Source of the DNA: Octopus bimaculoides
Lineage: Eukaryota
DNA length: 45,910 bases
Direction: 5' to 3'
NCBI RefSeq assembly: GCF_001194135.2
Contig: NC_068983.1
Span: 160,561,384-160,607,293, forward strand
In this document: in pieces, positions 26,401 to 38,446 of the stretch
How positions within the stretch are numbered: position 1 is the stretch's first letter
How the letters are laid out: every line of letters begins with the position of its first letter
Notes under the pieces: model-generated
The model's input: the letters and a program-made list of their open reading frames with translations, nothing else
Told to the model about the DNA's origin: nothing
Databases searched by the model: none
Position numbers and translations under genes: made by a program

Positions 26401-26402
<2 letters not shown>
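26185..26402. mobile_element. Penelope-like pseudo-LTR fragments in head-to-head inverted arrangement, within (TA)n
   Basis: Inverted arms 26206-26254 and 26264-26312 (1 mismatch), with weaker homology for a further 22 bp. Hammerhead motif present; AATAAA in both arms; (TA)n on both flanks. Confidence 0.7.
26221..26262 (-). ncRNA. Type I minimal hammerhead ribozyme
   Basis: Minus strand reads GACUGU CUGAUGA ACG-GGAA-UGU GAAA CUCCGG GUA ACAGUC. This gives a 6-bp stem I, an intact core, stem II with a GNRA loop, a short stem III and a GUA cleavage triplet. Confidence 0.85.
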
Positions 26403-26439
<37 letters not shown>

Positions 26440-27881
26440 CATTTAACATTAATTGTTCATGCTAGCATACTGCTAATCCCTACACATTTTTTCCTCTCAT
26501 CCTTTTCTGTGGAAGTGCATAGGCTTGAAACATCAAACTTTTCCATTCTTCCCAAATGTCAAACTCATACACCTGCTTGTTGTTCCCTCACTTGTCTTCA
26601 TCTTTTGTGTTCTGTAATTTGAACTCTGTGTATGTGTGTGCATGTGCATGCATACATGTGTGTGTGTGTGTGTAATGGGCTTTCTGCAGTTTCTGTCATC
26701 AAAATTCCTTCATGTGACATTGGTTTTCCTAGGGCTCTTGTAGAATTTACATACCATAAGCACCATGCAGTGAGACCAATCCTGAAACCCAAAATTTTTA
26801 AAGGGCATTTCATAAACAAACAGCCATGTCTGCTCTTCTATATTGCAAATGTGTAATACACAGTACCCTAAATATTTTTAAATATGAAAGCAACATATGA
26901 CTCTTATTTAACAATATACTTATTATATTGTAGGTTTATGACTATAAACAATATCATAGACACATACTAGAAGACTTACTATGCTATTAGACATTGTAAT
27001 CACTAACATAAGACAGGTAACAGAAACAGGCTCAATATTGGCACTCAAACCCTGTATTCATCAGTTGCAATGTGAACAGGGTGCCAAAATACCACAGAGA
27101 GCCTGCTGTCCTTCTAGCACTAAGTGACTGACAAATATTCTTGGAAATAAAATTTTTAAGAACCATTTTATTGTGCCTATTTCAAATCTTCTCAATGGGC
27201 TTGTTGCTCTCTTATGTCTCAAGTTTATTGTTATGATGTCTAATGTAATCTACAATAAAATTTTAGCTTTTAATTCATAACATATTTACAAATTTGTGTT
27301 GACAGAATGTCTGATAACAAATAATTTGACAAGTGTAAGGCAATACATAGTATTCTAGGTTGAAAGGGGAAAAAATCAGCCAAGATATAATAAATATTTA
27401 TCAAGAGTAGAATGATTGAAAGATGAATCAGAAAAAAATTCTATGAAAATAAAAACAAAGATTAATAGAATTGAATGACATTATAAAAAAATAAGGTAAA
27501 ATAAGATAAGGTAAAGTTGGTTTGAGACGATAAAGATCAAGAACCTGAGAAGAAAACTTATCAACACAAAACACACCTTGTTTTGTTTTATTTCATTTTG
27601 CTTCATTTATTTTAACCCAATAGAATACAGTGAATTAGCTTTCCATCTTTATGAAGAGACCATCTGTATTCTTGACATACAAATGATCATTTCTGACTTA
27701 TACTCCCAAAGTGATTGAAGATAACAAAAGCAGCTGGTTATAAACATTCCAGCCAAATTCTTATGCAATAAAGTGCAGTAGAAGTGCTACTAAAAGCCTC
27801 AAAAGAAAAGGCACAGAATTCCTTGAGAAACTAGGTAGCTATAAAGAGTGGTTTCTAGAACTTTGGATTTTGTCAAAGAGA

Positions 27882-28066
27882 TACGCTCTCGGAGTATCGA
27901 CACTCTTGGAGTGGTTGGCGTTAGGAAGGGTATCCAGCTGTAGAAACTCTGTCAAATCAGATTGGAGCCTGGTATCGCCTCCTGGTTCACCAGTCCTCAG
28001 TCAAATCGTCCAACCCATGCTAGCATGGAAAGCGGACGTTAAACGACGACGATGATGATGATGATG
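27882..28066 (+). mobile_element. RTE 3' end copy
   Basis: Matches the family; (GAC)/(GAT)n tail. Confidence 0.88.
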
Positions 28067-28189
28067 TATCAATGACTTCTACATTATAAGCTAGGCTGTA
28101 TAAACGCTGAAAATCAAACACACAACCAACATTACTTATAAAGAAGATAAGGGTTCAGGAGCTATTGTATTATTGTTTTAAATCTCAGA

Positions 28190-28390
28190 GTGGTGGGTTA
28201 GCAGAATCTTCAGAGTGTTGAACAAAATGCCTTATGATATTTGTTCTGATTCATTGCATTCTGAAGTCAAATCCTGCCAAGGTCAGCTTTGCTTTTTATC
28301 CTTCCTTGGTTGGTAAAAAAAAATACCAATAAAGTACTGGGATCAATTTATTCAACTAACTTCTCCCTGCAAATTTGTGCTCTTATGCCA
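28190..28390 (+). mobile_element. Decayed SINE family B
   Basis: GGTCAGCTTTGCTTTTTATCC...TACC..GTACTGGGATCAAT homologous to the copy at 25337. Confidence 0.7.
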
Positions 28391-28392
28391 TT

Positions 28393-28705
28393 CCCAACCA
28401 CATGGTTTTGGGCTCAGTCCCACTGCATGTCCCTTTAGACAAGTGTCTTCTGCTATAGCCTCAGACTTATCAAAGCCTTGTGAGTGAATTTGGTAAATGA
28501 AAACATAAAAAAGCCTGTCGTATATATATATTTGTATATGTCCTTGTGTCTCTTTGTTCCCCTTCACTGCTTGACAATGGGTGTTTGCATGTTTACATCC
28601 CTATAACTTTATAGTTTGGTAAAAGAAACTCATAGAATAAGCACCAGGCTTAAAATATAAGCACTAGGGTCAATTTGGTCGACTAAAATTGTTGAAGGTG
28701 GTAAA
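28393..28705 (+). mobile_element. SINE family A with a probable extended 3' segment
   Basis: CCCAACCACATGGTTTTGGGCTCAGTCCCACTG...AGCCTGTCGTATATA, followed by a further repeat-like 3' module. Confidence 0.72.
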
Positions 28706-28881
28706 AGATATCAAATCTATCTCTTTTATTTTTTTACACGTATTCCTTGTAGTATTTTAAAATCATCAGAACAACAAGCAACATTCCATTATGGGAAAAC
28801 CAGTGGGGATTCATGGTTTAGGCTGTTCAACAGCCACAGAAAAGGGTTTCTCTATCATGTCTATATTTCCCTTAGGTGCCC

Positions 28882-29204
28882 GTATTTTTATTTTTTATGC
28901 ACCCTTTTATAGCCTAGCCAGGCTCATGGGCACGGTTTCCTGGTTTCTATGGCGTATGTGTTCCCCCCAGCTGGATGGGACGCCAGTCCATCACAGCATT
29001 GTTACTCAAGAAACAGGAAGAAAGAGTGAGAGAAAGTTGGGGTGAAAGAGTACCATAGGGGTCGCCACAACCCCCTGCCGGAGCCTCGTGGAGCTTTTAG
29101 GTGTTTTCGCTCAATAAACACACACAACGTCTGGTCTGGGAATCGAAACTGCAATCATCTGACTGCGAGTCCACTGCCCTAACCACTGGGCCATTGCGCC
29201 TCCA
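28882..29204 (-). mobile_element. tRNA-derived SINE family C with 13-bp TSD
   Basis: TSD CCCTTAGGTGCCC at 28869-28881 and 29205-29217. Minus strand has A box TGGCCCAGTGG, B box GTTTCGATTCC, GTGATGGACTGGCGTCCCATCCAG and an A-rich tail. Confidence 0.92.
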
Positions 29205-31199
29205 CCCTTAGGTGCCCATGGTTAAGCCAAATTTGCTTTGGAGATATTATTAAGAGTTGCTCTATGTGAACTCGAAGCTCATTAACAAATTTTCTGCTAG
29301 TGTCATCGTCATATCTGGCATTAGTGCAATATTTATCATCTTTCCTTTCACAATTGTATGTAGTGAAGACTTCATTGAAACATCTACAGGAACTGTAATT
29401 AGACATGCTGAAATTGTTATTGATTAAATAATTTTCCACTGAGGTACAAAAACTGGCTGTGATACTTAGTTCTTTGTTTCTGTCTACATAGTTATGAGTT
29501 CAATCCTTTCTTCTACATACCGCCCCTATATACCTCAATCTCCCTGACTAATAAGTCTCTTCCATTTCTTTTCCACATTTAAGTGGTTAGCAGATGAGAG
29601 AAGACCAACAATTAAGAAAGGTTACAAGGATATACAACTTTACAGCTTTTTCTAAAACTTACACAACCATGCTAGTTGGAAAGTTGATATAATCTTGATA
29701 TAATTAATAATAAAGATAATTGAAGCATATTTAATGAGCTATTGGATATTAATAAGATTAAGATGGTCTCAAACTATGGATAATATGCTTACATTCATTT
29801 AATCTTTCTATTATTTATGGAGATTTAATCAACTCATAGCTAAGTGTCCTATCCTGGAAGACATTTGTCTCACACCCTTTTAACATGGTGACACGAAAGC
29901 CTGGCCTTCATTTCTCTTGTAGATATTTATATACATTCTGTTATAGCTGTACACTTTATTATTTAGAGCCCTGTAAAATAGACTATCAAAATATTTTTGT
30001 CAAAAGCAGTTGAATAATTCTCTTTCTTAGAATCTTAATAAAAGCATGGTGCTTCACAAAGTCAAATATGTTCTATAATTTTTGCTTTGCTTTGCTGGTA
30101 TGCTGTCATGTAAATGAAAAGAAATGTGAATGAATGCTTCCTCGTGCATATGAAACTCAGATTACTTCTAAAATAGTAATGCCTGCACTGCTCTCTTTTT
30201 CAGCTCAGAGCTATTGTGATATTTTCTCCAGCAAATATCTTTGAGAACCAAATCATTGTTGTCAAATACGATATTTTCTACATGGTTGATATCTTTGAAA
30301 AAAGTTAATTTGGCTAGTCAACATCTGCAGCAACAAAAAAATTAATTTTATTTTGTCATTACACAGTGAATAGATAACCTTATAGAGACTTTACTCTAAT
30401 ATTGGTTAGAATAAGTTAAGCAATTTCCTGTAGTACAGCAAGCTCCTAGTTGATAATAATAAGCCAATAATAATGATTTGTTGTTGATCTCATGATGCAC
30501 CTGCTCTTGGAAATATGAATTTAAATTCTAACAGACTAATGAAGAATATTCTAGGTATATTAGATAAGTAGTATCCTTGAGTTAATATCTTTCTTCAAGG
30601 AACTTTTCAAATTACTTTTAGTTAATTCTACTTCACCTTTTACATCATCCATAACAAACATTATGATTTCTAACTTTACCAAAAGGTCAGAAATGTTTCC
30701 AGTGGAATCAGTCAAGAAAATTAACTCCAATACTTGATTGGTATTTATTCCATCATCTCCTGGAAAGGAAGAAGAACAAAGTTAGAATTGGCAAAATTTG
30801 AAAATGGTGAAACAAAATTCTAGTTTGCTTTTTTTTTCTAACACATCAGTGTTGCAGCCAATGCACCACTTACAAGGATAATGATTTCTAATATATGTTG
30901 AAGGCCACAAATTTGTATTTTATTGATCTCATTACCTTCACAAAAGAAGTTGACTTCTGGATGAGTTGAACTTCAAATATAAAGTGGAATAACTTAGTAA
31001 CACAAATCATTTTGTCTGTTACTCTAGTGATTCTCTCATACCCCGATCTTCTATATCTGTCACCCTCCACTCTAATCAGTCTGTTCTCCAGGATTCTACT
31101 GTCTCATTCTACCATCATTCTATTAATTTTGTTATCTACCATCTTATCTATTCTGCTCTCCACCACACTAATATTTCTTTTATTCACCTGTCTTTTTAC

Positions 31200-31630
31200 A
31201 TTTTTCTTCTGAACTCTACTCATTTTACCCTCCACCACTATATGCAATCTGTCCTCCACCACTCAACTCATTCTGTGCCCCCACTACACTACAAATTCTA
31301 TCTTCCAACTTTCAACACATTCTGTCATCCACCATTCTATATAATCTGTCTTCTACTACTTTGCTCATTCCGTCCTCCACCATTCTACACAATCTGTCCT
31401 CCACAACTCTATACATTCTCTCCTCCACCACTCAACTCATTCTGTGCTCCACTACTCTACACATTCTACCCTCCACTACTCTATACATTCTGTCTACAAC
31501 ACTCTACAAGTTCTATCGTCCATCATCCTACCCATTCTGTCCTTCGCTACTCTATTCATTTTGTCCTTCACTCTATACAATCTTTCCTCCACTACTCGAT
31601 ACATTCTATCCTCCTCCACTCTATTTATTT
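31200..31630. repeat. Degenerate 24-bp minisatellite
   Basis: Consensus about TCTGTCCTCCACTACTCTATACAT, roughly 17 units. Confidence 0.85.
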
Positions 31631-34263
31631 TGTTGTTAATTGCAAATTTTGTCATCTGCCATCTTTTATAATTGTAATAATAACGACTAGATTATCTTTG
31701 TCAAAGAACTACAGAATATAGAGTTTAATGATAGAAACAGAAAAAGAAAAGAAAAAGAAAATGAATAAGACTTGTTTTCAACAAGTGAAATATCAACAAC
31801 AATAAATTGTTTCCATTTACTGTATTGCTCATTTTGTCTGGAAAATACTTTAGTTAGGTCTAGATTAACAGACAATTACTGTCTCACTTGCCATTATTGG
31901 ACCTTTATTCTTCATTTGGACCTGTTAATTCATATCATTTTAGCCACACCAACCCTCATTTGATAGAAGCATTTCAACAGAAGGATGAACCATTTCCATT
32001 TTTACATCTTTTTAAGCAGTATTTAAAGATATGAAAATGGATCCTTTGTGCTATAAGCCTCTTGCAGTCAAAGCTTTCAATAGTACTGTTTATATATCAT
32101 CTTTGTCTGTAGTAATGACATAAAAGCACAAATTTAATGGCTTTACACCTGTATGACTGATCCATTAACAATATAATTTGTTTTTGCTGAGAAATGGTTC
32201 AGTTTCATCATCCTATATATGCAACAAGTGACATTGATCCAAAAATTCAACAACCAAAAATTGCACTGCGCTAAAGTATGAGTCACTACTTCATTTTTTT
32301 TTTTTTTTTTCATTCTTTCTTATTAAATCTCTCTTCAGTTTGAACACCATCAATTGCTATTCTATCATATTTCAGACAGGGAGAGCAAACAGCAAACTAA
32401 TTACATTACCAGAATAGAGGTGCATCAGAATTCTTTGGAAACCTGAACCTACAGGTCAGCCATGTGAGTTTCTATAGTATTTCAGAGTCATGTCTAACTC
32501 TTCTGCCATAGTGTTATTTCTTATTCCCCCTATTTATACCCTATAGAATTGTAATTGCATCCAGTTTCCAACTTACACTTCTCAGGTGATAAAGCACAAT
32601 GTATCCTTTTCAACACTGTAGGTACTTCTTAGCTTCTTTGCTGATCCAGTCTGACAACTCAGTGGTATTCATATCAACAGAAATTTTTCCTTCTCCACAC
32701 AATGGAATACTTATCCATCATTTATTGATCGCTACAGATGCTTCTGCATTGTTGCATATTGGAGTATCTATAAGTAAAAGAAAGACATTCAGCCTTTGAA
32801 GTTATGGAAAATATCCCAATATAAGAATTTCTCAAGTTGCTTGAAGCCATCTAACAGAGTTGAATTACGCTCGTCTTGTTGATTGTTCAAATTTCTTCAA
32901 TTTTGCAATAAGCACATTGGTGACTGATAGTAATGTTATTATGGCAATGATATCATCTATGTTAGCAGTTTGGTGGCTGAACTCCAGAGGGATCTTGCTC
33001 AACAATTATATTCCACTTCTGAAGGCTATAAATGCCTCTACCTATCAAAGCAGTGAGAACAGACAAGACATTGATGAATTGATATTCCAATTCTTAATTT
33101 ATTCAGTGGTTCGCAAGAATCTTTGAACATTGTTCTTCTTACATTTCAAACCATTCCCAGCAAGTAGCAAAAAAACTTTTGGTCCAGGTTTCAGAGCAAT
33201 TTTGAAGTACCTTTATTTCCTTTTGTAGTTTAGTAAAAAAAAAAAAAAAAAAAAAAGCTAGCAGCTATGATCCTCACATGCCCTCCAAGACTAATGAAAC
33301 TCGTGCAGAACATCTGCAGTTATAAATATTTTCAGAGTCAAAGTGGTTTTTACCTATTTCACTTCTCTTCAGAAATTCATTTATATTCACTGAATTGTTT
33401 AAAACCATCTTAATCTCATTATAGATTAATGGTAATAATATTTATTTGCCTATACAAAATAACGTCATCATGATTCTTCTGTCTCAACAACACTTGCTTT
33501 GTCTAATTCATCTTTTTTACCTTTTAATTGTTGCCACTAACTTTTGCTTCTATTAAGATTTACTCAGAAACTTTTCTATTATTTTTAGAATTAAATTGTT
33601 GTGGTATCTGAAAATGAATATTCTTATTGTTTTTCTATTGTATATGTGCTTTGTGAATTTATAAATAAAACCCTACCACAAAAAAAAAATGCTAAATATC
33701 TGCAATCCCATCAATATATTACAAACTAAATACTAAAAACATCTTACAATGGCAGAAGGCCACATTTTCACTGAAGAAATATATTTATAGTTCATTGAAT
33801 CAACTTTCACTTTTTATTTTTTTTATTTTGTCATTTTTTTGTGGGATTTTGTTTGGAAAACCCACTAAGGCTATATGTTAATGATATTTTTTGGGAGATA
33901 CTGGCAAGATAAAAACCAACAATCTTTTTAATATTTTAATTATTTACAGAAGTAGCTGAGTATAATGGACTTTTGTAGGCCCCCTCCAGTCCAGAGAGAT
34001 TGATGCAGTTAATATTCCATTTGAATTTCACTGTAGAACAATGGAAACAGAAAGAAAATTGTAGGTAGTTACAGCTTTCGAAATCAACAAGTAGGCAAAG
34101 TGTTTCGTTTTAGACAGCAGAGTTGGGTGTTGAGACATTGTAAGGATGACAAGTGGGGAGAGATAAATGCGTCAGGTAACTTAAATAGAGATGGGGTCCA
34201 GCTTATCAATTCAAAGAAACTGGGATCATTGAAGCAGTGACAGAGCAGATAAAGAAGCATCTA

Positions 34264-34620
34264 TGAGGTGGTATCAAAAAGTTCCTGGACTAGTTATGTC
34301 TAATAATAAATAACTTATTTATCAAAGTTTTAACGTCATCTCATTCGAAATAGTCACCTTGTGCAGCAATACACAAGTTCCAGCATTTCTGCCACTTTTG
34401 GAATCTGGCCTGGAAGTCATTCTCCATAAATGAGTTGGGAACCTTCTGTGATTTACTTTTGATCTTCACAAGGGTGAGAAAACAGTGATCATTGAATTGC
34501 ATTTTCATCTTGGGGAAGAGATGGAAGTCTGCAGGTGCCAAATCTGGTGAATAGGGTAGATGCAAAAGTGATACCCCGTTGTTATTGGCAAGAAGCTCAT
34601 GAGTGAGGGAGCATTGTAAT
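34264..34620 (-). mobile_element. Mariner (DD34D-type) transposon 3' fragment
   Basis: LPYSPDLAPADFHLFPKMK...FQKWQKCWNLCIAAQGDYFE*. Probable TIR TGAGGTGGTATCAAAAAGTTCC follows TA at 34262-34263. Truncated by RTE-type sequence. Confidence 0.88.
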
Positions 34621-34697
34621 AGTATGGGTCGGACGGTTTGATCAAAGCTGGCAAGGTGGATGACACCAATATATATATACATATATATATATATATA

Positions 34698-35088
34698 ATC
34701 ATCATCATCATCATTTAACGTCCGCTTTCCATGCTAGCATGGGTTGGACGATTTGACTGAGGACTGGTGAAACCGGATGGCTACACCAGGCTCCAATCTG
34801 ATTTGGTAGAGTTTCTACAGCTGGATGCCCTTCCTAACACCAACCACTCAGAGAGTGTAGTGGGTGCTTTTACGTGTCACCCGCACGAAAACGGCCACGC
34901 TCGAAATGGTGTCTCTTATGTGCCACCCGCACAAGAGCCAGTCCAGGGGCACTGGCAACGATCTCGCTCGAAAAACCTCATGTGTCACTCGCACAAGAGC
35001 CAGTCCATGGGCACTGGCAACGATCTCGCATGAAAGATATCATGTGTCGCCCGCACATGAGCCAGTCCAGGGGCACTGGCAACGATCT
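34698..35088 (-). mobile_element. Young RTE 3' end with an internal 62-bp tandem array
   Basis: (ATC)n tail; few differences from the 45554 copy; units at 34918, 34980 and 35042. Confidence 0.9.
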
Positions 35089-35570
35089 ATTTCTATTTCA
35101 CTTGCCTCAACAGGTCTTCGCAGTGGGGCTTAGTATCCAATTTTAATTTAACTCGATTTCGATTTCACTATATATGAAATACACATATGCAAATATATGC
35201 AAATATGCAAATAAAATGGATCAGATATAAGGACAGGCTGAAGAGTAACCTATTGACAATGAAGATAGCTCACAACACCTTTGAGTGAACAGCCTTGGGG
35301 CGAACAAAATGGAGATTGTTGTGTCAAAATGGTGTAAGAGACTTTATTTCAACCATCGTTAACAGGCTTTGGGGTACAAGGCAAAGGAGAAAAGCGGCTG
35401 CAAATATACCACTTGCACTGATCTGTAATCTTTATACTTGCATGATCTGTGTGCTTCTTTGCAAATTGTTGGTGGGACTTAAATGTCACATTCAACATAA
35501 GCATTATGACTGACAAAGAAAGAGTAGGTTGTTGGAGCCTCATACGTCGAAACCAATGGGAGAGTCCATC

Positions 35571-35588
35571 ATATATACACATACATAT

Positions 35589-35671
<83 letters not shown>

Positions 35672-35716
35672 CATACATACATATGAATGTTTGTGTGTGT
35701 GTATGTGTGTGTGTGT
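35571..35716. repeat. (CA)n/(TG)n compound microsatellite
   Basis: Direct tandem repeats. Confidence 0.95.
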
Positions 35717-35834
35717 TATAAGAAGAATGAGAGATTTAAGATGAATTCAAGATAGTTTCCAGGTGTTAGGCTACTATTGGTCAGCTAAGGTCATGTGATG
35801 TTAATGCTGTGGAAGTTATTTTCTTTATTTTCAG

Positions 35835-35883
35835 GCTCATGCACTTGGACAAGATGTTGACATCTTGTTGATGGATACTGCAG
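35835..35883 (+). CDS. Candidate internal coding exon of a P-loop GTPase (G3 DTAG motif)
   Basis: Acceptor TTATTTTCTTTATTTTCAG, then 49 nt encoding AHALGQDVDILLMDTA-G, then donor CAG|GTATCC (phase 0 to phase 1). No partner exons identified. Confidence 0.45.
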
Positions 35884-36843
35884 GTATCCATCACCTACAC
35901 ATCCTCCAAATCCACATCCCAATCTGTAGCAGCTGAAATCCAACCAACAGCCCACGTAAGGGATTCTGCTTCTCAAAGGCTGTAGTTTGTAGAGCCACCC
36001 TCACACCATTGGAAGGCATCACAAAATACTACATAGACATAACACCTCCCTCAGGTGCAGTGTTAAGGAAAACTCCACCTCCTTGTCCCTATTCGTTTGG
36101 AGACTCTGTGACCATCAAACAACTTTTCCAACATCAAATGGAGAGTCATTGATAGGGTCTCACCTTACTCACCTAGAACTTGCAACTGCCAACTGACTCT
36201 ACTCCACATACTCCTCAAAACAGCAGTACTCATTAAAAGGTAGAATGACCTATCTTATTGTTGCCATCAGAGGTACAACCTATTGATGAATTTCAAGCTA
36301 CAAACAGCTAAAAATCCAGATATACTACCCTAAGCCTAGCCATTCTATACACAAAAGAAGGGCATAGACTACAGTCCACCCATTTTGATCACTCAATCTC
36401 AATGGTAACCCAACATCATCAAATTTGGTTACTCTCACATAAAGACTGCAGCTACTAATGGGTTAATACTACATTGAACGATAACTGACATACTGACCTG
36501 CACCAGTATCCCTCCCTACCATGTGCAGTGTCCAATAAAACGAACTAATGACACAGTAAACATTATACTGGAGCTTGCTGCCAAAGTTACACCAGTGGCC
36601 TCCTAATATTTTGTCCAAACATGTAGAACTAAAAATAAAGAAATAGCTGGTGTCAGTACCACAGCATTAGCACCACATGATCTGGGTTAGTCAATAAGTG
36701 GCTTAACAGCTTAATAACTAGAAACCATCTTGTATTTGTCTCATACTCTCACTTTTTTTATAAATACCTGATTAGAGGAACATGTCTTACACACATGCAA
36801 AACTTGGAATTTAATGGAACTGAATTTGATTATTAAATATATG

Positions 36844-36846
<3 letters not shown>

Positions 36847-36927
<81 letters not shown>
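36847..36927. repeat. (TAA)n microsatellite running into the gap
   Basis: Direct tandem repeat. Confidence 0.97.
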
Positions 36928-37835
36928 NNNNNNNNNNNNNNNNNNNNNNNNNNNNNNNNNNNNNNNNNNNNNNNNNNNNNNNNNNNNNNNNNNNNNNNNN
37001 NNNNNNNNNNNNNNNNNNNNNNNNNNNNNNNNNNNNNNNNNNNNNNNNNNNNNNNNNNNNNNNNNNNNNNNNNNNNNNNNNNNNNNNNNNNNNNNNNNNN
37101 NNNNNNNNNNNNNNNNNNNNNNNNNNNNNNNNNNNNNNNNNNNNNNNNNNNNNNNNNNNNNNNNNNNNNNNNNNNNNNNNNNNNNNNNNNNNNNNNNNNN
37201 NNNNNNNNNNNNNNNNNNNNNNNNNNNNNNNNNNNNNNNNNNNNNNNNNNNNNNNNNNNNNNNNNNNNNNNNNNNNNNNNNNNNNNNNNNNNNNNNNNNN
37301 NNNNNNNNNNNNNNNNNNNNNNNNNNNNNNNNNNNNNNNNNNNNNNNNNNNNNNNNNNNNNNNNNNNNNNNNNNNNNNNNNNNNNNNNNNNNNNNNNNNN
37401 NNNNNNNNNNNNNNNNNNNNNNNNNNNNNNNNNNNNNNNNNNNNNNNNNNNNNNNNNNNNNNNNNNNNNNNNNNNNNNNNNNNNNNNNNNNNNNNNNNNN
37501 NNNNNNNNNNNNNNNNNNNNNNNNNNNNNNNNNNNNNNNNNNNNNNNNNNNNNNNNNNNNNNNNNNNNNNNNNNNNNNNNNNNNNNNNNNNNNNNNNNNN
37601 NNNNNNNNNNNNNNNNNNNNNNNNNNNNNNNNNNNNNNNNNNNNNNNNNNNNNNNNNNNNNNNNNNNNNNNNNNNNNNNNNNNNNNNNNNNNNNNNNNNN
37701 NNNNNNNNNNNNNNNNNNNNNNNNNNNNNNNNNNNNNNNNNNNNNNNNNNNNNNNNNNNNNNNNNNNNNNNNNNNNNNNNNNNNNNNNNNNNNNNNNNNN
37801 NNNNNNNNNNNNNNNNNNNNNNNNNNNNNNNNNNN
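36928..37835. other. Assembly gap (N run)
   Basis: Run of N. Confidence 1.
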
Positions 37836-37914
37836 ACGTAAAATACTGTCTATGTGATCTCAAATTTTAAAGCAAACACATAATTTTCTTATGGTTTCTT
37901 AAACATTCACTAGA

Positions 37915-38049
37915 ACAAAACTGTACAAATCCAAATATATGGTACCCTAGGCATAACACCTACATGAACTTCTAACTTGTTGTCTCTTGAGGTCTCTGGG
38001 TGAGACTTGGATCCAACTTGTACAAATGCAAAGCAAAAGTCAAACATAA

Positions 38050-38119
<70 letters not shown>
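37915..38119 (+). mobile_element. Probable 3' UTR of a non-LTR element ending in (TAA)n
   Basis: Complex-sequence segment ending in the (TAA)n at 38051-38119. Family assignment (R4/Dong-like) is inferred from context only. Confidence 0.4.
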
Positions 38120-38120
<1 letters not shown>

Positions 38121-38446
38121 AATCCCTTAAAATTTGAAATGGGAAGAATTTGGAGCATGAGAGCAGTAAAAGTCATGCCTATTATAATTGATGCATTGAG
38201 AACAGTAAGCCAAGATATAGACAAATGACTGAAGGAGATTGAAATAGATTGCCCAGTGGAGCTCTTAGAGAAAGTTTGTCTCTTAGGGGCAGCAAAGATT
38301 ATCAGGAGGGTTCTAAGCACTTAAAAGACTGCTGAAAACTTGTGGATACCTAAGGTTGCAGGTAGTAACCTGCTACCTATATAATTCCTGCCAGGAATAA
38401 GATTAAACCTGAACCAAACCAAAATAATAATAATGATAATAATAAT
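38118..38446 (+). mobile_element. 5'-truncated R4/Dong-type non-LTR element (REL-domain C-terminus)
   Basis: YNPLKFEMGRIWSMRAVKVMPIIIDALRTVSQDIDK*LKEIEIDCPVELLEKVCLLGAAKIIRRVLST* at 38118-38324, then a 3' UTR and (TAA)n tail. Confidence 0.82.

Noticed and set aside
27028-27090. Imperfect hairpin, possible pre-miRNA
   Set aside because: Large asymmetric bulges and a short stem.
32599-33126. 66-aa and 88-aa ORFs
   Set aside because: No motif, convincing splice structure or family resemblance.
34918-35088. Repeat-spacer-like array resembling CRISPR
   Set aside because: The linkers are homologous to each other, the array lies inside an RTE 3' UTR, the context is eukaryotic and there are no cas genes.
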